The notes beneath the pieces were generated by a model. That model saw only the letters and a list, made by a program, of their open reading frames with translations, did no database searches and had not been told where the DNA came from. Source: Clostridia bacterium (GTDB lineage: Bacteria > Bacillota > Clostridia > UMGS1883 > UMGS1540). Taken from it: DNA of 64,000 nt. The DNA is taken from NCBI GenBank assembly GCA_017436645.1, contig JAFSCR010000030.1, positions 10,083-74,082 on the forward strand. The letters run 5' to 3'. Made by a program: the position numbers and the translations under genes. Below, piece by piece: positions 27,600-37,297 of this stretch (positions are counted from its first letter, which is position 1; each line of letters starts with the position of its first letter).

Positions 27600-28841
27600 A
27601 TGAGAAAAAACGTGTATGCGGCGCTTCAGATAAAGCGTGCATGGAAAATCTATCCGTCAGTTCTCGGCATTACAGCTTTGATGCTTTGCGCTGTTTTGCT
27701 TGTGGGTTCTCTGGCGCTCGGCAGCTTTATAAACGGTGCGGATAAACAGAAGGTGAATATCGGCATTGTCGGAGATATTTCCGATTCCTATCTCGGCGTG
27801 GGCATATATGCGCTCACGAATATGGACAGCTCCCGTTTTTCCATTTCATTTCTGGAGATGGAGGAGAAAGAGGCGCTGGCGGCGTTGGAGGCACGGAAAA
27901 TTACAGGCTATGTCAAGGTGCCGCCTTCCTATATCAGCGGCATTATAAACGGGGAAAACGTGCCGGCAACATTTGTGACCTACGGCGGACCCGAGGGGTT
28001 CGGTTCGGTGATGACAGCAGAAATCACAGGCACGGTATCGGATCTTGTAACGGAATGCCAAAGGGCCATGTACGCCATGCAGGATTTAGCGCATGATGCG
28101 GGAGAAACTGAAGAATTATGGGATAAAGTGAAAACCATAAACATAGAATATATTGATTTTATTTTATCCCGCACAAGCATTTACGAGGTCGAAACGCTCG
28201 GCATCAGGGATGCAGTTTCTATGGGCGGATATTATATTTGCGGCATAATCATTTTCTTCCTTTTATTATGGGGGATTTCTGCCGGTAGGTTTTTTACCGG
28301 ACGAAACCGTCGGGCGGATCGCCATTTTTTTGCACATGGAATGGGCGTGGGCAGGCAAATTCTCAGCGAATATTTTGCCTATTGTTTGATGACCTTCCTG
28401 ACTGTTCTTCTCCTGTCTCTTGTGGCAGGGGCATTGGTAGCACGGCACGATTTCGGTATTCCCGAGCTTTTGGGACGTGGCTTTTTTGCTCCCTTAGGAT
28501 TTGCCTTTGCAATGATTCCGGTTATTCTTATGCTTTCCGCCATGCAGTTTTTTCTTTATGAAACAACAGAGAATACGGTCAGCGCAATCCTCTTGCAGTT
28601 TTTGGCAGCAATCGGAATGGGATATATATGCGGTTGTCTTTATCCCACTACATTTTTTCCGGTGCCATTGCAAAAAATCGGGGCGGCTTTACCTGCCGGC
28701 GTAGGCTTTTCTTATTTACGGCAGAGTCTTTGCGGCATGCCGCGCATCACCGTGTGGTGCGGCGTTTTCGGATATACCGCACTCTTCCTTGTGGCGGCCA
28801 TAGCCGTTCGAAAACACAAAATGGCAGGTGACTGCAGATGA
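27600..28841 (+). CDS. ABC-2 family transporter permease
   Basis: The 413-aa product has an N-terminal TM helix, a large extracytoplasmic loop and a C-terminal bundle of about five TM helices. It is translationally coupled to the ATPase gene. Confidence 0.7.
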   Translation: MRKNVYAALQIKRAWKIYPSVLGITALMLCAVLLVGSLALGSFINGADKQKVNIGIVGDISDSYLGVGIYALTNMDSSRFSISFLEMEEKEALAALEARKITGYVKVPPSYISGIINGENVPATFVTYGGPEGFGSVMTAEITGTVSDLVTECQRAMYAMQDLAHDAGETEELWDKVKTINIEYIDFILSRTSIYEVETLGIRDAVSMGGYYICGIIIFFLLLWGISAGRFFTGRNRRADRHFFAHGMGVGRQILSEYFAYCLMTFLTVLLLSLVAGALVARHDFGIPELLGRGFFAPLGFAFAMIPVILMLSAMQFFLYETTENTVSAILLQFLAAIGMGYICGCLYPTTFFPVPLQKIGAALPAGVGFSYLRQSLCGMPRITVWCGVFGYTALFLVAAIAVRKHKMAGDCR

Positions 28842-29977
28842 AAAAAGTCAGACAAACAGCCCTTTGGTTTTTCATGACTTGCAAGCGGCTGTGCAGAAAG
28901 TACAGTTTTTTGGTTATTCTTTTGATGATTCCAATTTTGTTGCCCCTTGCCAATATGGCTATGCAGGGGGAAAGCGGTGTTTTGAAAATCGCCCTTTCTT
29001 ATGAAGAGGAAGAAAATCCGGGCGCACAGGCCGTTGTTGAAAAACTGAAAAGCGAAAAAAGTGTTCTTTTATATACAGTGTATGAAACGCCCGAAAAAGC
29101 ACAGGAGGCTGTGGAAAACGGGCAGGCAGATGGCGCATGGGTTTTTGCTGAAAATTTTAGCGAGGCGGTGCGGGCGCATGCCGAAAGAAGACGGAGTGCA
29201 CCGCTGGTTACCGTTTTGGAGCGGGAAAGCACAGTGCCGCTGGGCCTTGCACGTGAAAAACTGTATGGCGCCGTGTATCCGCAAATTTCTTATGCAATAT
29301 ATGAGAACTTTGTGCAGAAATCGTTCTCAGCGGATGCGGCAGAAAAAGCGGAAAAGTATTATCTGGACACGGCGCACAGCCGAAGCGTAATTCAAACGGA
29401 AAAATTACACGAATCGAAATCGGCGGCAGAAACAAATTATCTTACAGCACCACTTCGGGGACTGCTTTCCGTTTTGATTCTTCTTATAAGTCTTGCATCG
29501 GCGCTGTATTATCTGGAGGACGACTGCCTCGGACGGTATGACCAATTACCCCGACCAAAGCGAATTCTGTCGGCAATCGGTATTTGCACGGCAGGTACCC
29601 TGATGGCCGGCGTGGCCGTTTTTCTGGCACTTTTCGTCAGCGGCATCCATACATCTTTTTGGCGGGAAGCGGCAGCAATGGCGCTTTATGTTCCGGCGGC
29701 GGCCGGTTTTGGCGTAGCTGTGGCGATGCTGTTTAAAAGCACGGTGCGATTCGGTGCCTGTATTCCTTTTATAATAATAGGAAGTATTGCATTGTCACCC
29801 ATCTTCTTTCATGTCAAGACGCTTCCGCTGCTTCGTGTCCTTTTGCCGACAACATATTATCTGAAAGCAATACATGACATCCGATACCTTTTGTATATGG
29901 TGATTTACATTGTCTGTGTATTCGGATTTGCGGTCTGTATTTCTGCCTGCAAAAGCAAAATGAGAAAATCACTATAA
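28838..29977 (+). CDS. ABC-2 family transporter permease (second membrane subunit)
   Basis: The 379-aa product has an N-terminal TM helix, an extracytoplasmic loop and a C-terminal polytopic region. It overlaps the previous gene by 4 nt. Confidence 0.65.
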   Translation: MKKVRQTALWFFMTCKRLCRKYSFLVILLMIPILLPLANMAMQGESGVLKIALSYEEEENPGAQAVVEKLKSEKSVLLYTVYETPEKAQEAVENGQADGAWVFAENFSEAVRAHAERRRSAPLVTVLERESTVPLGLAREKLYGAVYPQISYAIYENFVQKSFSADAAEKAEKYYLDTAHSRSVIQTEKLHESKSAAETNYLTAPLRGLLSVLILLISLASALYYLEDDCLGRYDQLPRPKRILSAIGICTAGTLMAGVAVFLALFVSGIHTSFWREAAAMALYVPAAAGFGVAVAMLFKSTVRFGACIPFIIIGSIALSPIFFHVKTLPLLRVLLPTTYYLKAIHDIRYLLYMVIYIVCVFGFAVCISACKSKMRKSL

Positions 29978-30106
29978 AATTATAAAAGAATCACAATAAG
30001 ACTAGAAAAGCAAAATGAAACCTGTTAAAATAATTGTATATTAGTGTAGACAGCAAGGTATACCCAGAATTAAAAATTTATTTAATATAAAAAAGGAGAG
30101 CAAAAA

Positions 30107-30286
30107 ATGAAGGAAAGAAAACGGTACGAAAACCCGGACATCAAAGTTATCAGCATCCGTGAGAACAGCGACATTATTCAGACAAGTGGTGAAATTCTGA
30201 GTAAATTCGCAAACATTGCTAACGCACCTACCAGTGCACAGTCTATTGTAAACAGCAACAATAACATTCGTGGTCTGTTTCAGTAA
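30107..30286 (+). CDS. small hypothetical protein (59 aa), Cys-free and Asn/Ser/Ile-rich
   Basis: A strong RBS AAAGGAGAG lies 7 nt before the ATG. The product is MKERKRYENPDIKVISIRENSDIIQTSGEILSKFANIANAPTSAQSIVNSNNNIRGLFQ. It sits 24 nt upstream of the secreted-protein gene and is below the size cutoff of the ORF track. Confidence 0.45.
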   Translation: MKERKRYENPDIKVISIRENSDIIQTSGEILSKFANIANAPTSAQSIVNSNNNIRGLFQ

Positions 30287-30310
30287 TTGCAGAAAGGAAG
30301 GAATAGTATA

Positions 30311-31321
30311 ATGAAAAAGTTTAAGCTTTTAACTCTTACACTTTTAGTGCTCGCAATTTGCATGACTTCTGTTTCTGCAACAGCAGCACTCAACCCCGTA
30401 GGTACATATGAAGAAGGTATTGTTACAGTAACTGCCAGCGGTGAAGCCGGTGCAGCTGATGCAACAATCATCGCAACTCGCCAGGATGGCGAATTAGATT
30501 CTGCTCCCGCCACTTTCTCTGAAGCAGACATTCTGGCTTCTGTTGTTTACATTGACCAGTTCGATGCAGCAGCAGACATGAGCGTAAGCTTTGCTCCTGA
30601 ACGTGTTGCAGAAGGCGACACAGTATCTGTATTTATGGCAGGCGCAGGCGCATCCGGTATTGAAATTGAAAACGTTTCTCTTGAAGAAGAAGAACCGGTT
30701 GACAGAACACTTGTTCTGACTCTCAACGGTGGTACTTTAGATCCCGCTGCTCCCGGTACATACCCCGAAGCAGGTTATGTTCTTCCCGAACCCACAAAGG
30801 CTGGCTTCACATTTGGCGGTTGGTACGCAAACGGTGAATTTACCGGTGATGCTGTTACCGAAATTGCTGCAGCAGAAGCTGCAATCGGTGGCGCAAAAAC
30901 ATTCTATGCAAAATGGTTAGAAAACGTTGCTTCCTTTGTATATGATTCCGGTTACTGTGCACCTGAAGAAGAAAGCGTAGAAGATGTTACTGGTGTTATC
31001 TCCGTAACAGTTTCTTTTGCAAGTCACATTGATAATGTTACAAATGCCGGTTTCTATGTATACCTGACAGGTGGTTTTAATGACAAGGTTGACATTAGTG
31101 GTGAATGCGCTGCATCTGACTTCTACACAGTTGTTTACGATATTCCTGAAGAAGAATTCGACACTACTATCATCTTCATGCCTTACGTTGTAACAGATGA
31201 AGGAACTGTATTCGGCACAGCACGTGAACTTACCGTTAATAGTGCATCTGCTCTCGGTGAACTCCAGTACTTAGGCACAATCGAAGATCTCGCAGCAGAA
31301 CTTGCTTTAGATGCTGAATAA
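30311..31321 (+). CDS. secreted protein with a Listeria-Bacteroides repeat (Flg_new) domain
   Basis: A signal peptide MKKFKLLTLTLLVLAICMTSVSA is present. One canonical repeat reads YVLPEPTKAGFTFGGWYANGEFTGDAVTEI...KTFYAKW. The product is acidic and has codon usage typical of a highly expressed gene. Confidence 0.7.
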   Translation: MKKFKLLTLTLLVLAICMTSVSATAALNPVGTYEEGIVTVTASGEAGAADATIIATRQDGELDSAPATFSEADILASVVYIDQFDAAADMSVSFAPERVAEGDTVSVFMAGAGASGIEIENVSLEEEEPVDRTLVLTLNGGTLDPAAPGTYPEAGYVLPEPTKAGFTFGGWYANGEFTGDAVTEIAAAEAAIGGAKTFYAKWLENVASFVYDSGYCAPEEESVEDVTGVISVTVSFASHIDNVTNAGFYVYLTGGFNDKVDISGECAASDFYTVVYDIPEEEFDTTIIFMPYVVTDEGTVFGTARELTVNSASALGELQYLGTIEDLAAELALDAE

Positions 31322-31336
31322 TTTCTGAAAATTTTA

Positions 31337-31365
31337 GAGGACGGAACATTCCGTCCTCTTTTTTT
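31337..31365 (+). terminator. rho-independent terminator
   Basis: agaggacggaacattccgtcctct followed by ttttttta. Confidence 0.65.
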
Positions 31366-31466
31366 ATAAAAATTTAGAGAACACCCATGGCCAAAAGAAA
31401 CGGGAATAAGGCCTTTTATTAAAATTCAAGTTGTTAATTATAGTAATATATATTTAATTGCAAATA

Positions 31467-31504
31467 AAAAGGTGCTGTAAATTTATTTACAGCACCTTTT
31501 TAGG
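31467..31504. terminator. second, bidirectional terminator hairpin
   Basis: aaaaaggtgctgtaaatttatttacagcacctttttag. Confidence 0.55.
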
Positions 31505-31860
31505 GGATAGGAAAAAATGTTCAGAATGGACAAACTGAGCCAAAGCCGCAGGCTTTGGGATACCCGAAGCTGTACTTCGTCAAAGCAAAGTCCACACGCT
31601 ACTTTTACCTAATCGGTAAAAATCCGCTTTGCTTCCTTGCTTTTCCTCCTCTCCAAAAGTCCGGTGGACTTTCCGGGGCCCCCGAAAGTCGCAAGACTTT
31701 AAGGGGAAAAGGAGTAACCGAGCGGAAAAGTGACTGTTTGCGAAAGCAAACGGAACATAAGCGAGAGTTGCGACGCCATCGAGCGGCGAAGTTTGTTTCA
31801 TAGCAAAAAGGCATATATGCAAAGAAAAACTTCAAAAATTTGAAGTTTTTCTTCATTTTG
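31505..31860. ncRNA. candidate structured non-coding RNA in a 600-bp ORF-free convergent intergenic region; class and strand unresolved
   Basis: The region contains dense nested helices: ccaaagccGCAGggctttgg, gtttgcGAAAgcaaac with a GNRA loop, aaagtccGGTggacttt, and the near-palindrome ggactttccggggcccccgaaagtc. It is flanked by terminator hairpins on both sides (31467-31504 and 31822-31851). There is no convincing ORF or RBS. Confidence 0.3.
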
Positions 31861-31965
31861 TGAATAATGTTAGTTTTCTCGTTTCTGTTTTTATTGTGTT
31901 TTCTGCCTTTTTGCGGTCTGGACTTTTTTTGCAGCCCCTTATTTCTGTTTATATTTTAAATTGAA

Positions 31966-32895
31966 TTATTCCGAAAAGAGAGGGGTGGAAAGATATCTGT
32001 CTCCCGTATCAGGCAGGAGAACCACAATGGTTTTGCCTTGGTTTTTCTCATCCCTTGCAAGCGTAACTGCAGCAGAAAGCGCTGCACCGGCAGAAATGCC
32101 TACAAGAAGTCCTTCTGTTTTTGCAAGAGAACGTGCGGCAAGATAGGCTTCTTCTTCTGTAACGGGCAAAACTTTGTCTAAAAGCGCCGTATTTAACACA
32201 GTCGGCACAAACCCTGCGCCAATGCCCTGGAGCCCGTGTGCGCCTTTTATTCCGCCGGAGAGAACAGGGGAACCGGCAGGCTCTACGCCGACGATTTGAA
32301 TGGACGGATTTTTTTCTTTTAAAAAAGAACCTACGCCCGTAATCGTGCCGCCTGTGCCGATACCTGAAACGAATATATCAAGATTTCCATCCGTGTCTTC
32401 CCAGATTTCCGGACCCGTTCCGTCAAAGTGAGCCTTCGGGTTTGCAGGATTATCAAATTGTCCGGGAATAAAGCTATTGGGAATTTTCTCGGCAAGTTCC
32501 TCGGCTTTTCGGATTGCCCCGTCCATACCTTCCGCACCCGGTGTTAAAACAATTTCGGCGCCAAAGGCTTTTAAAAGTTTTTGCCTTTCCACGCTCATGG
32601 AATCAGGCATGGTTAAAATGATGCGGTACCCTCTTGGAGCAGATACGGCCGCAAGACCAATGCCTGTGTTTCCGCTTGTGGGTTCAATGATGACACTACC
32701 TTCTTTTAAAAGACCGGCCGCTTCTGCTTCTTCAATCATTTTGCGTGCCACCCTGTCTTTTGCACTGCCTGCAGGATTAAAAGATTCCATTTTGGCAAGT
32801 AGTGCTATGGATATATGATTCGCCTTTTCAAAAGCAGAAAGACGTACCAAGGGTGTTTTTCCAATGCATGCACTAATATTCGGATAAATTTTCAT
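31966..32895 (-). CDS. cysK: cysteine synthase A (O-acetylserine sulfhydrylase)
   Basis: The PLP lysine motif [11 protein letters not shown], GxTGG ([10 protein letters not shown]) and the 309-aa length are canonical. Confidence 0.95.
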   Translation of the reverse strand: MKIYPNISACIGKTPLVRLSAFEKANHISIALLAKMESFNPAGSAKDRVARKMIEEAEAAGLLKEGSVIIEPTSGNTGIGLAAVSAPRGYRIILTMPDSMSVERQKLLKAFGAEIVLTPGAEGMDGAIRKAEELAEKIPNSFIPGQFDNPANPKAHFDGTGPEIWEDTDGNLDIFVSGIGTGGTITGVGSFLKEKNPSIQIVGVEPAGSPVLSGGIKGAHGLQGIGAGFVPTVLNTALLDKVLPVTEEEAYLAARSLAKTEGLLVGISAGAALSAAVTLARDEKNQGKTIVVLLPDTGDRYLSTPLFSE

Positions 32896-32905
32896 TTCAT
32901 ATACC

Positions 32906-35065
32906 TCATTTTATGGCTTTGTAAAGATTCATCATAATCTGTGCAACTTGCGCTCTTGTTGCAGTTTCCGAAAGTGCAAGAAGGCCATTGCCCATGCCGC
33001 TGATAATCTTTTTGCCTACGCACCATGTGGAGGCATCCTTAAGGTCTGAAGAAAGGTCGGCGTAATCGGTAAAACCGGCTGTAGTTCTTCTGTCCAGCGT
33101 CATATCCACTTTTTTGAATGCGCCAAATTTATAAGCGCAGAGCACCATTTCACCCCTCGTTACAGGTGCAGAGGGACTGAACATTGCCGTATCTCCAAAG
33201 GGAAGAAGCTTTTTCTCATAAGCCCAGGCAACATAGGGCGCATAATAGGCCGAGGCGTCGACGTCCAGATAGGGAAGGGCAGAAATGTCTGCTTCAATCG
33301 TTTTCCCTTTTGATTCATACAGTCTTCCCAAAACGGTAATAAACATTGCACGGGTCATGGTAATGTCCGGCGAGAAGGTGGTTTCGGTAGTGCCGTTAAA
33401 GAGCTTTAGCGAAACGGCAGAATTCACAACCTCTTTTGCCCAGTGATTTTCCATATCCGTAAAGGCAATAGGCGCCACGATGGGATTCTCCGTTTTACCC
33501 GGATCTTTTTCCGGATCTTCAGAAGGCTTATTTTCACCTGATGTGTTTTCTCCTTCAATGGGGTCATCTTCGCCTTCTACCTCAAGTGTAATTGCCGCCA
33601 TACCGCCGCCGGAAAGAAAAGCATACAAGGTTGCCTTTCCGGGTGCTTTTGCCTTGACAAGTCCGCCTTCATTGACGCTTAAAACATTTCTGTTTGTATT
33701 TTCCCAGTAAATCGTACCGCTTTTTAAGGAAACAACGGGATCTAGCTCAATTTCATCGCCTACGGCAAGTGTTTCGGAAGGCGTTAAATTTATGTATGAG
33801 GCGCTGACATATCCTCGCACCCTGCCCACCTTCACTTCGTACCAATACGGGTTTTCCAGTACGTGCATACGGTCAGAGGAATCGGTACGGGTACCGCTTA
33901 AAACGGTGGCTTTCGCACCGCTTTCCAGTCTGCCAACCGTGTCGTGGAGGACGGAGGGGCCGGAACGGATATTTACGCCGCCGCCCGATGAGGTTCCTTC
34001 GATTGACGGGTAGGCTGAAAATGCAATTGTGGTTTTTTCTGCGGGCATATTCTTGAAGGTGGGGATATAAAATACCTTGGAATCTGCAAGCGTGCCGGCG
34101 GATTGATAGCCTGTAAATGTGGATTTGGACTGACCTGCCACGGCATATACATTCGTCATGTACTGGTGGGTATAAAGCGCATAGCCGGTGTCGGGCGCAA
34201 CATTAAACCGTTCAAAATACATGGTGTTTTGCCCTTTGGAAATATAAAGCTCGCCAATCCAGATGGCACCGTTTATAATGGAAAGCTCAGGGGTAGTCCA
34301 GGGTCTGCCGTAGGATTTGCCGAGGCTCGCCCAATTGAGGCCGTTGGCGATTGGGTTTGCTCCGTCATTTGCACCGATATTATAGAAATTATAAAGACCT
34401 TCATACCCTTCATATGTACCCGAAACGCTGCCGGAAGGTTTGATGCCGATTTCCGTGCGGATTTTCGAGGCCAGATAATAGGGGCTGACCATGCTTTTTT
34501 CAGCAGCTTCCATAATCACTTCGCCGTAGGTTTTTTCTGTTTCCACCGTTTCGCCTTCGGCTGTTACATAGGTGATGAGCGCTTCATGCATAAAAGTACC
34601 TTTTAAAATCAGTTCAACGCCGTCAATAGTGTGATAATTCCGGTCATAGGAAAGGGCCTCGAACTGAAAAATATACGTTTCGTTGAGGAAGTTTGCCGGA
34701 TTCATAAAGTAGTCCACCATAGCGGCAGAGGCAGAAACCCAGGTGGAAGCATCATGATATGTATAGGCGCCTGTTTCAGGATTATAATGGCCTTCACCCG
34801 TGTTTCGGAGAAGGGTATTATAATACTTTTCCACAAGGCTTTTCTTACCGGTTTCCGCTTTAACAACCTCCTGCCAGGAAAGACCCGTCGGCACGGCAAC
34901 AAACATCCATTCGGGGTATTTTTCGTGCAGCGCTGTCAGCTTTTCCTGCCATGCGGTGGGAAAGGCGGAAAGCTCCGTTGTAAAAGAGTCAGTCGCCGCA
35001 AGGGCAGCTGCCGGCACGGTAAATAGTATAAGACTTAAGACCAGTGTAAAAATTCGTTTTATCAT
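32906..35065 (-). CDS. cell-wall hydrolase with an N-terminal GH73 glucosaminidase domain, an SH3b domain, a Big_2 domain and two C-terminal SLH domains
   Basis: The start is chosen at MIKRIF, which has a GGAGAG RBS and a signal peptide. The glucosaminidase core reads [12 protein letters not shown]...NFYNIGA. The SH3b domain reads [10 protein letters not shown]...WYEV. The SLH repeats begin FTDMENHWA... and [11 protein letters not shown].... Confidence 0.85.
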   Translation of the reverse strand: MIKRIFTLVLSLILFTVPAAALAATDSFTTELSAFPTAWQEKLTALHEKYPEWMFVAVPTGLSWQEVVKAETGKKSLVEKYYNTLLRNTGEGHYNPETGAYTYHDASTWVSASAAMVDYFMNPANFLNETYIFQFEALSYDRNYHTIDGVELILKGTFMHEALITYVTAEGETVETEKTYGEVIMEAAEKSMVSPYYLASKIRTEIGIKPSGSVSGTYEGYEGLYNFYNIGANDGANPIANGLNWASLGKSYGRPWTTPELSIINGAIWIGELYISKGQNTMYFERFNVAPDTGYALYTHQYMTNVYAVAGQSKSTFTGYQSAGTLADSKVFYIPTFKNMPAEKTTIAFSAYPSIEGTSSGGGVNIRSGPSVLHDTVGRLESGAKATVLSGTRTDSSDRMHVLENPYWYEVKVGRVRGYVSASYINLTPSETLAVGDEIELDPVVSLKSGTIYWENTNRNVLSVNEGGLVKAKAPGKATLYAFLSGGGMAAITLEVEGEDDPIEGENTSGENKPSEDPEKDPGKTENPIVAPIAFTDMENHWAKEVVNSAVSLKLFNGTTETTFSPDITMTRAMFITVLGRLYESKGKTIEADISALPYLDVDASAYYAPYVAWAYEKKLLPFGDTAMFSPSAPVTRGEMVLCAYKFGAFKKVDMTLDRRTTAGFTDYADLSSDLKDASTWCVGKKIISGMGNGLLALSETATRAQVAQIMMNLYKAIK

Positions 35066-35224
35066 TGGTATTCTCTCCAATATTAAAAAGTTAAAAGGGG
35101 TATACTACTATACTCTATATCATATCGTTTATTGTTTTTCCTGTCAAGGCGCATGGCCGTTTTCTTAAAGGAAATACACAGATTTTTAACTGTTCTGTAA
35201 CATTATCGGGGGAGAATTTTGGAA

Positions 35225-35253
35225 TTGACAGAAAAGGGAAAATGTGGTATAGT
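35225..35253 (+). promoter_or_regulatory. sigmaA-type promoter for mrp (TTGACA-17-TATAGT)
   Basis: TTGACAgaaaagggaaaatgtggTATAGT, with RBS AAGGAGG before the ATG at 35281. Confidence 0.5.
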
Positions 35254-35280
35254 ATAAAAAGAATTAAGGAGGCGAATACA

Positions 35281-36120
35281 ATGAGTGAATGTTCACACGA
35301 TTGCTCCTCCTGCAGCTCGTCCTGCAGTGAGCGCACGGCTCCCCAGAGCTTTCTGGCGGATCCGCATCCCATGTCCAGCGTAAAGAAGGTTATCGGCATT
35401 GTCAGCGGTAAGGGTGGCGTAGGTAAATCCCTCGTTACAAGCCTTTTGGCAGTCGGTATGCAGAGAAAGGGTTATTCCGGCGCTATTCTCGATGCAGATA
35501 TCACCGGTCCTTCCATCCCGAAAGCGTTTGGCATCAAAGAACGTGCAAAAGCCATTGAATCCGGTCTTTTGCCGGTTGTTACCAAAACGGGTATTGAAAT
35601 TATGTCTTTAAATCTGCTTCTGGAAAACGATACGGACCCTGTGGTATGGCGTGGTCCGGTTATTGCAGGCACAGTCAAGCAGTTCTGGAGCGATGTAATC
35701 TGGGAAGATATTGATTATATGTTTGTAGATATGCCCCCGGGAACAGGCGATGTACCTCTCACGGTATATCAGTCCCTGCCTCTTGACGGCATTGTGGTTG
35801 TTACTTCTCCGCAGGAACTTGTAGGCATGATTGTAGGCAAGGCGGTTCGCATGGCAGAAATGCTTTCCATTCCCATTTTGGGCGTTGTGGAAAATATGTC
35901 TTACTTCGAATGCCCCGATTGCGGCGGCAAACATAGTATCTTCGGTGAGAGCCACGTAGAAGATTTTGCAAAAGAATACGGCATCGAAACAGTTGCCCGC
36001 ATTCCTATGACCCCCGCACTTGCGGCGGCCTGTGACAAGGGTGAAATCGAAACGTTTGATGGGGATTATCTTGCCGCTTTAACGGATAAAATTGAAAAAA
36101 CCGTTAAAATTGAAAAGTAA
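35281..36120 (+). CDS. mrp: Mrp/NBP35 (ApbC) family iron-sulfur cluster carrier ATPase with an N-terminal Cys/Ser-rich extension
   Basis: The N-terminus MSECSHDCSSCSSSCSE precedes a deviant Walker A GKGGVGKS. The ParA/MinD fold and the C-terminal CPDCGG motif are present. Confidence 0.9.
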   Translation: MSECSHDCSSCSSSCSERTAPQSFLADPHPMSSVKKVIGIVSGKGGVGKSLVTSLLAVGMQRKGYSGAILDADITGPSIPKAFGIKERAKAIESGLLPVVTKTGIEIMSLNLLLENDTDPVVWRGPVIAGTVKQFWSDVIWEDIDYMFVDMPPGTGDVPLTVYQSLPLDGIVVVTSPQELVGMIVGKAVRMAEMLSIPILGVVENMSYFECPDCGGKHSIFGESHVEDFAKEYGIETVARIPMTPALAAACDKGEIETFDGDYLAALTDKIEKTVKIEK

Positions 36121-36132
36121 AAAAACAGGCTG

Positions 36133-36819
36133 TCACGCACGTGACGGCCTGTTCTTCTCTATTAAAGTATAAAGCGTCTCGATTGCATCATGGATTGTGC
36201 CCACACGGTCGATAAGACCGCAAGAAACCGCATCCTCGCCAAGAAGTACCGTTCCCATATCCCCTAAAAGCTCGCCCGTGGTGAGAATCATGCGGCGGAA
36301 ATCCGCACTCGGCATTTTTGAATGTGCCGAAACGAAGCGGATAACCCGTTCTTGCATGCGGGTAAGATATGCGAAGGTCTGGGGTGCACCGATGACGGTG
36401 CCGCTTAAACGGATGGGATGGAGCGTCATAGAGGCGGTAGGGGAAATGAAGGAAACATCTGCCGAAACGGCAAGGGGGACCCCGATGCTGTGTCCGCCGC
36501 CAAGGACCAGAGAAACCGTTGGCTTTTTCATGCCGGCAATCATTTCCGAGATGGCAAGGCCGGCTTCCACATCGCCACCCATGGTGTTGAGCAGCAGTAA
36601 AAGGCCGTCTGCTTCCTCGCTTTCCTCGACGGCAACCAGTCGGGGCAGCACATGCTCGTATTTGGTCGTTTTATTCTGCGGCGGCAGAAGAATATGACCT
36701 TCAATCTGGCCGATAACCGTAAGGCAATGGATTTTTCCTTTGGGGGACTGAATCAGCGTGCTGCCGTCAGGCGGTGCAGCCGTGCTCGGGGTCTCAGGCG
36801 TCTTTTCCTCGTTTTCCAT
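36133..36819 (-). CDS. ClpP-family (S14) serine protease homolog, TepA-like
   Basis: NTMGGDVEAGLAISEMIAGM resembles the ClpP active-site region. The 228-aa product has a Pro-rich N-terminus. Confidence 0.7.
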   Translation of the reverse strand: MENEEKTPETPSTAAPPDGSTLIQSPKGKIHCLTVIGQIEGHILLPPQNKTTKYEHVLPRLVAVEESEEADGLLLLLNTMGGDVEAGLAISEMIAGMKKPTVSLVLGGGHSIGVPLAVSADVSFISPTASMTLHPIRLSGTVIGAPQTFAYLTRMQERVIRFVSAHSKMPSADFRRMILTTGELLGDMGTVLLGEDAVSCGLIDRVGTIHDAIETLYTLIEKNRPSRA

Positions 36820-36882
36820 TTTGCACCTCCTTTATGCTATGTAAATGCACGGCAAAGGAATGCTTTGCCTGTGCGGACAAGA

Positions 36883-37098
36883 TTAGTCGTTTCTGTTTGC
36901 CGGCAGTTTTTCTTTAAACAGAAGCGTAATGCTCCAAAGACCTGCAAGCCCTACCACGGAAAAAACGATACGGGCAAGAACCGAGGCCTGGCCGCCTAAA
37001 AGCGTGCCTAAAATGTCAACGCCAAACAAACCGATGGCACCCCAGTTCAGTGCCCCAAGGATTACAAGTACAAGTGCGGTGTTATCCAAAAAATCCAA
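36883..37098 (-). CDS. DUF378 family small membrane protein
   Basis: The 71-aa product has two TM helices, and ALNWGAIGLFGVD is the DUF378 hallmark. Confidence 0.7.
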   Translation of the reverse strand: MDFLDNTALVLVILGALNWGAIGLFGVDILGTLLGGQASVLARIVFSVVGLAGLWSITLLFKEKLPANRND

Positions 37099-37297
37099 CT
37101 CCTTTATTTCGGCAACATGTAAAGTATTTTACGCTTGCCGTACTTGATTCCTTTCCCAGTTTGTGTATTTTTATTGAAAATAAACGAGGGAAAAATTGGT
37201 AAAATTGATTTTTTTTGAAAAATTAAAAAAAAGCCTTGCTTTTAGGAAAAAAATGTGTTATACTAGTTGACGTTACTGAAGACCAGGAGGTGAAACC

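Noticed and set aside
30287-30310. TTG start immediately after the stop of the 59-aa ORF for the secreted repeat protein (MQKGRNSIMKK...)
   Set aside because: It has no RBS. The ATG at 30311 is preceded by AAGGAAGGAA and begins a canonical signal peptide.
31655-31690. AAAGUCCGG and, on the opposite strand, GGAAAGUCC motifs that resemble the universally conserved P4 strand of RNase P RNA
   Set aside because: The partner P4 3' strand (ACAGAA...GGCUUA) and other conserved RNase P regions are not found at appropriate spacing on either strand. The motif is part of a local palindrome, so RNase P was not called.
31555-31856. Three overlapping 80-83-aa ORFs in the 31.4-31.9 kb intergenic region
   Set aside because: None has an RBS, their translations are low-complexity, and they overlap each other on both strands. 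The region is better explained as structured RNA.
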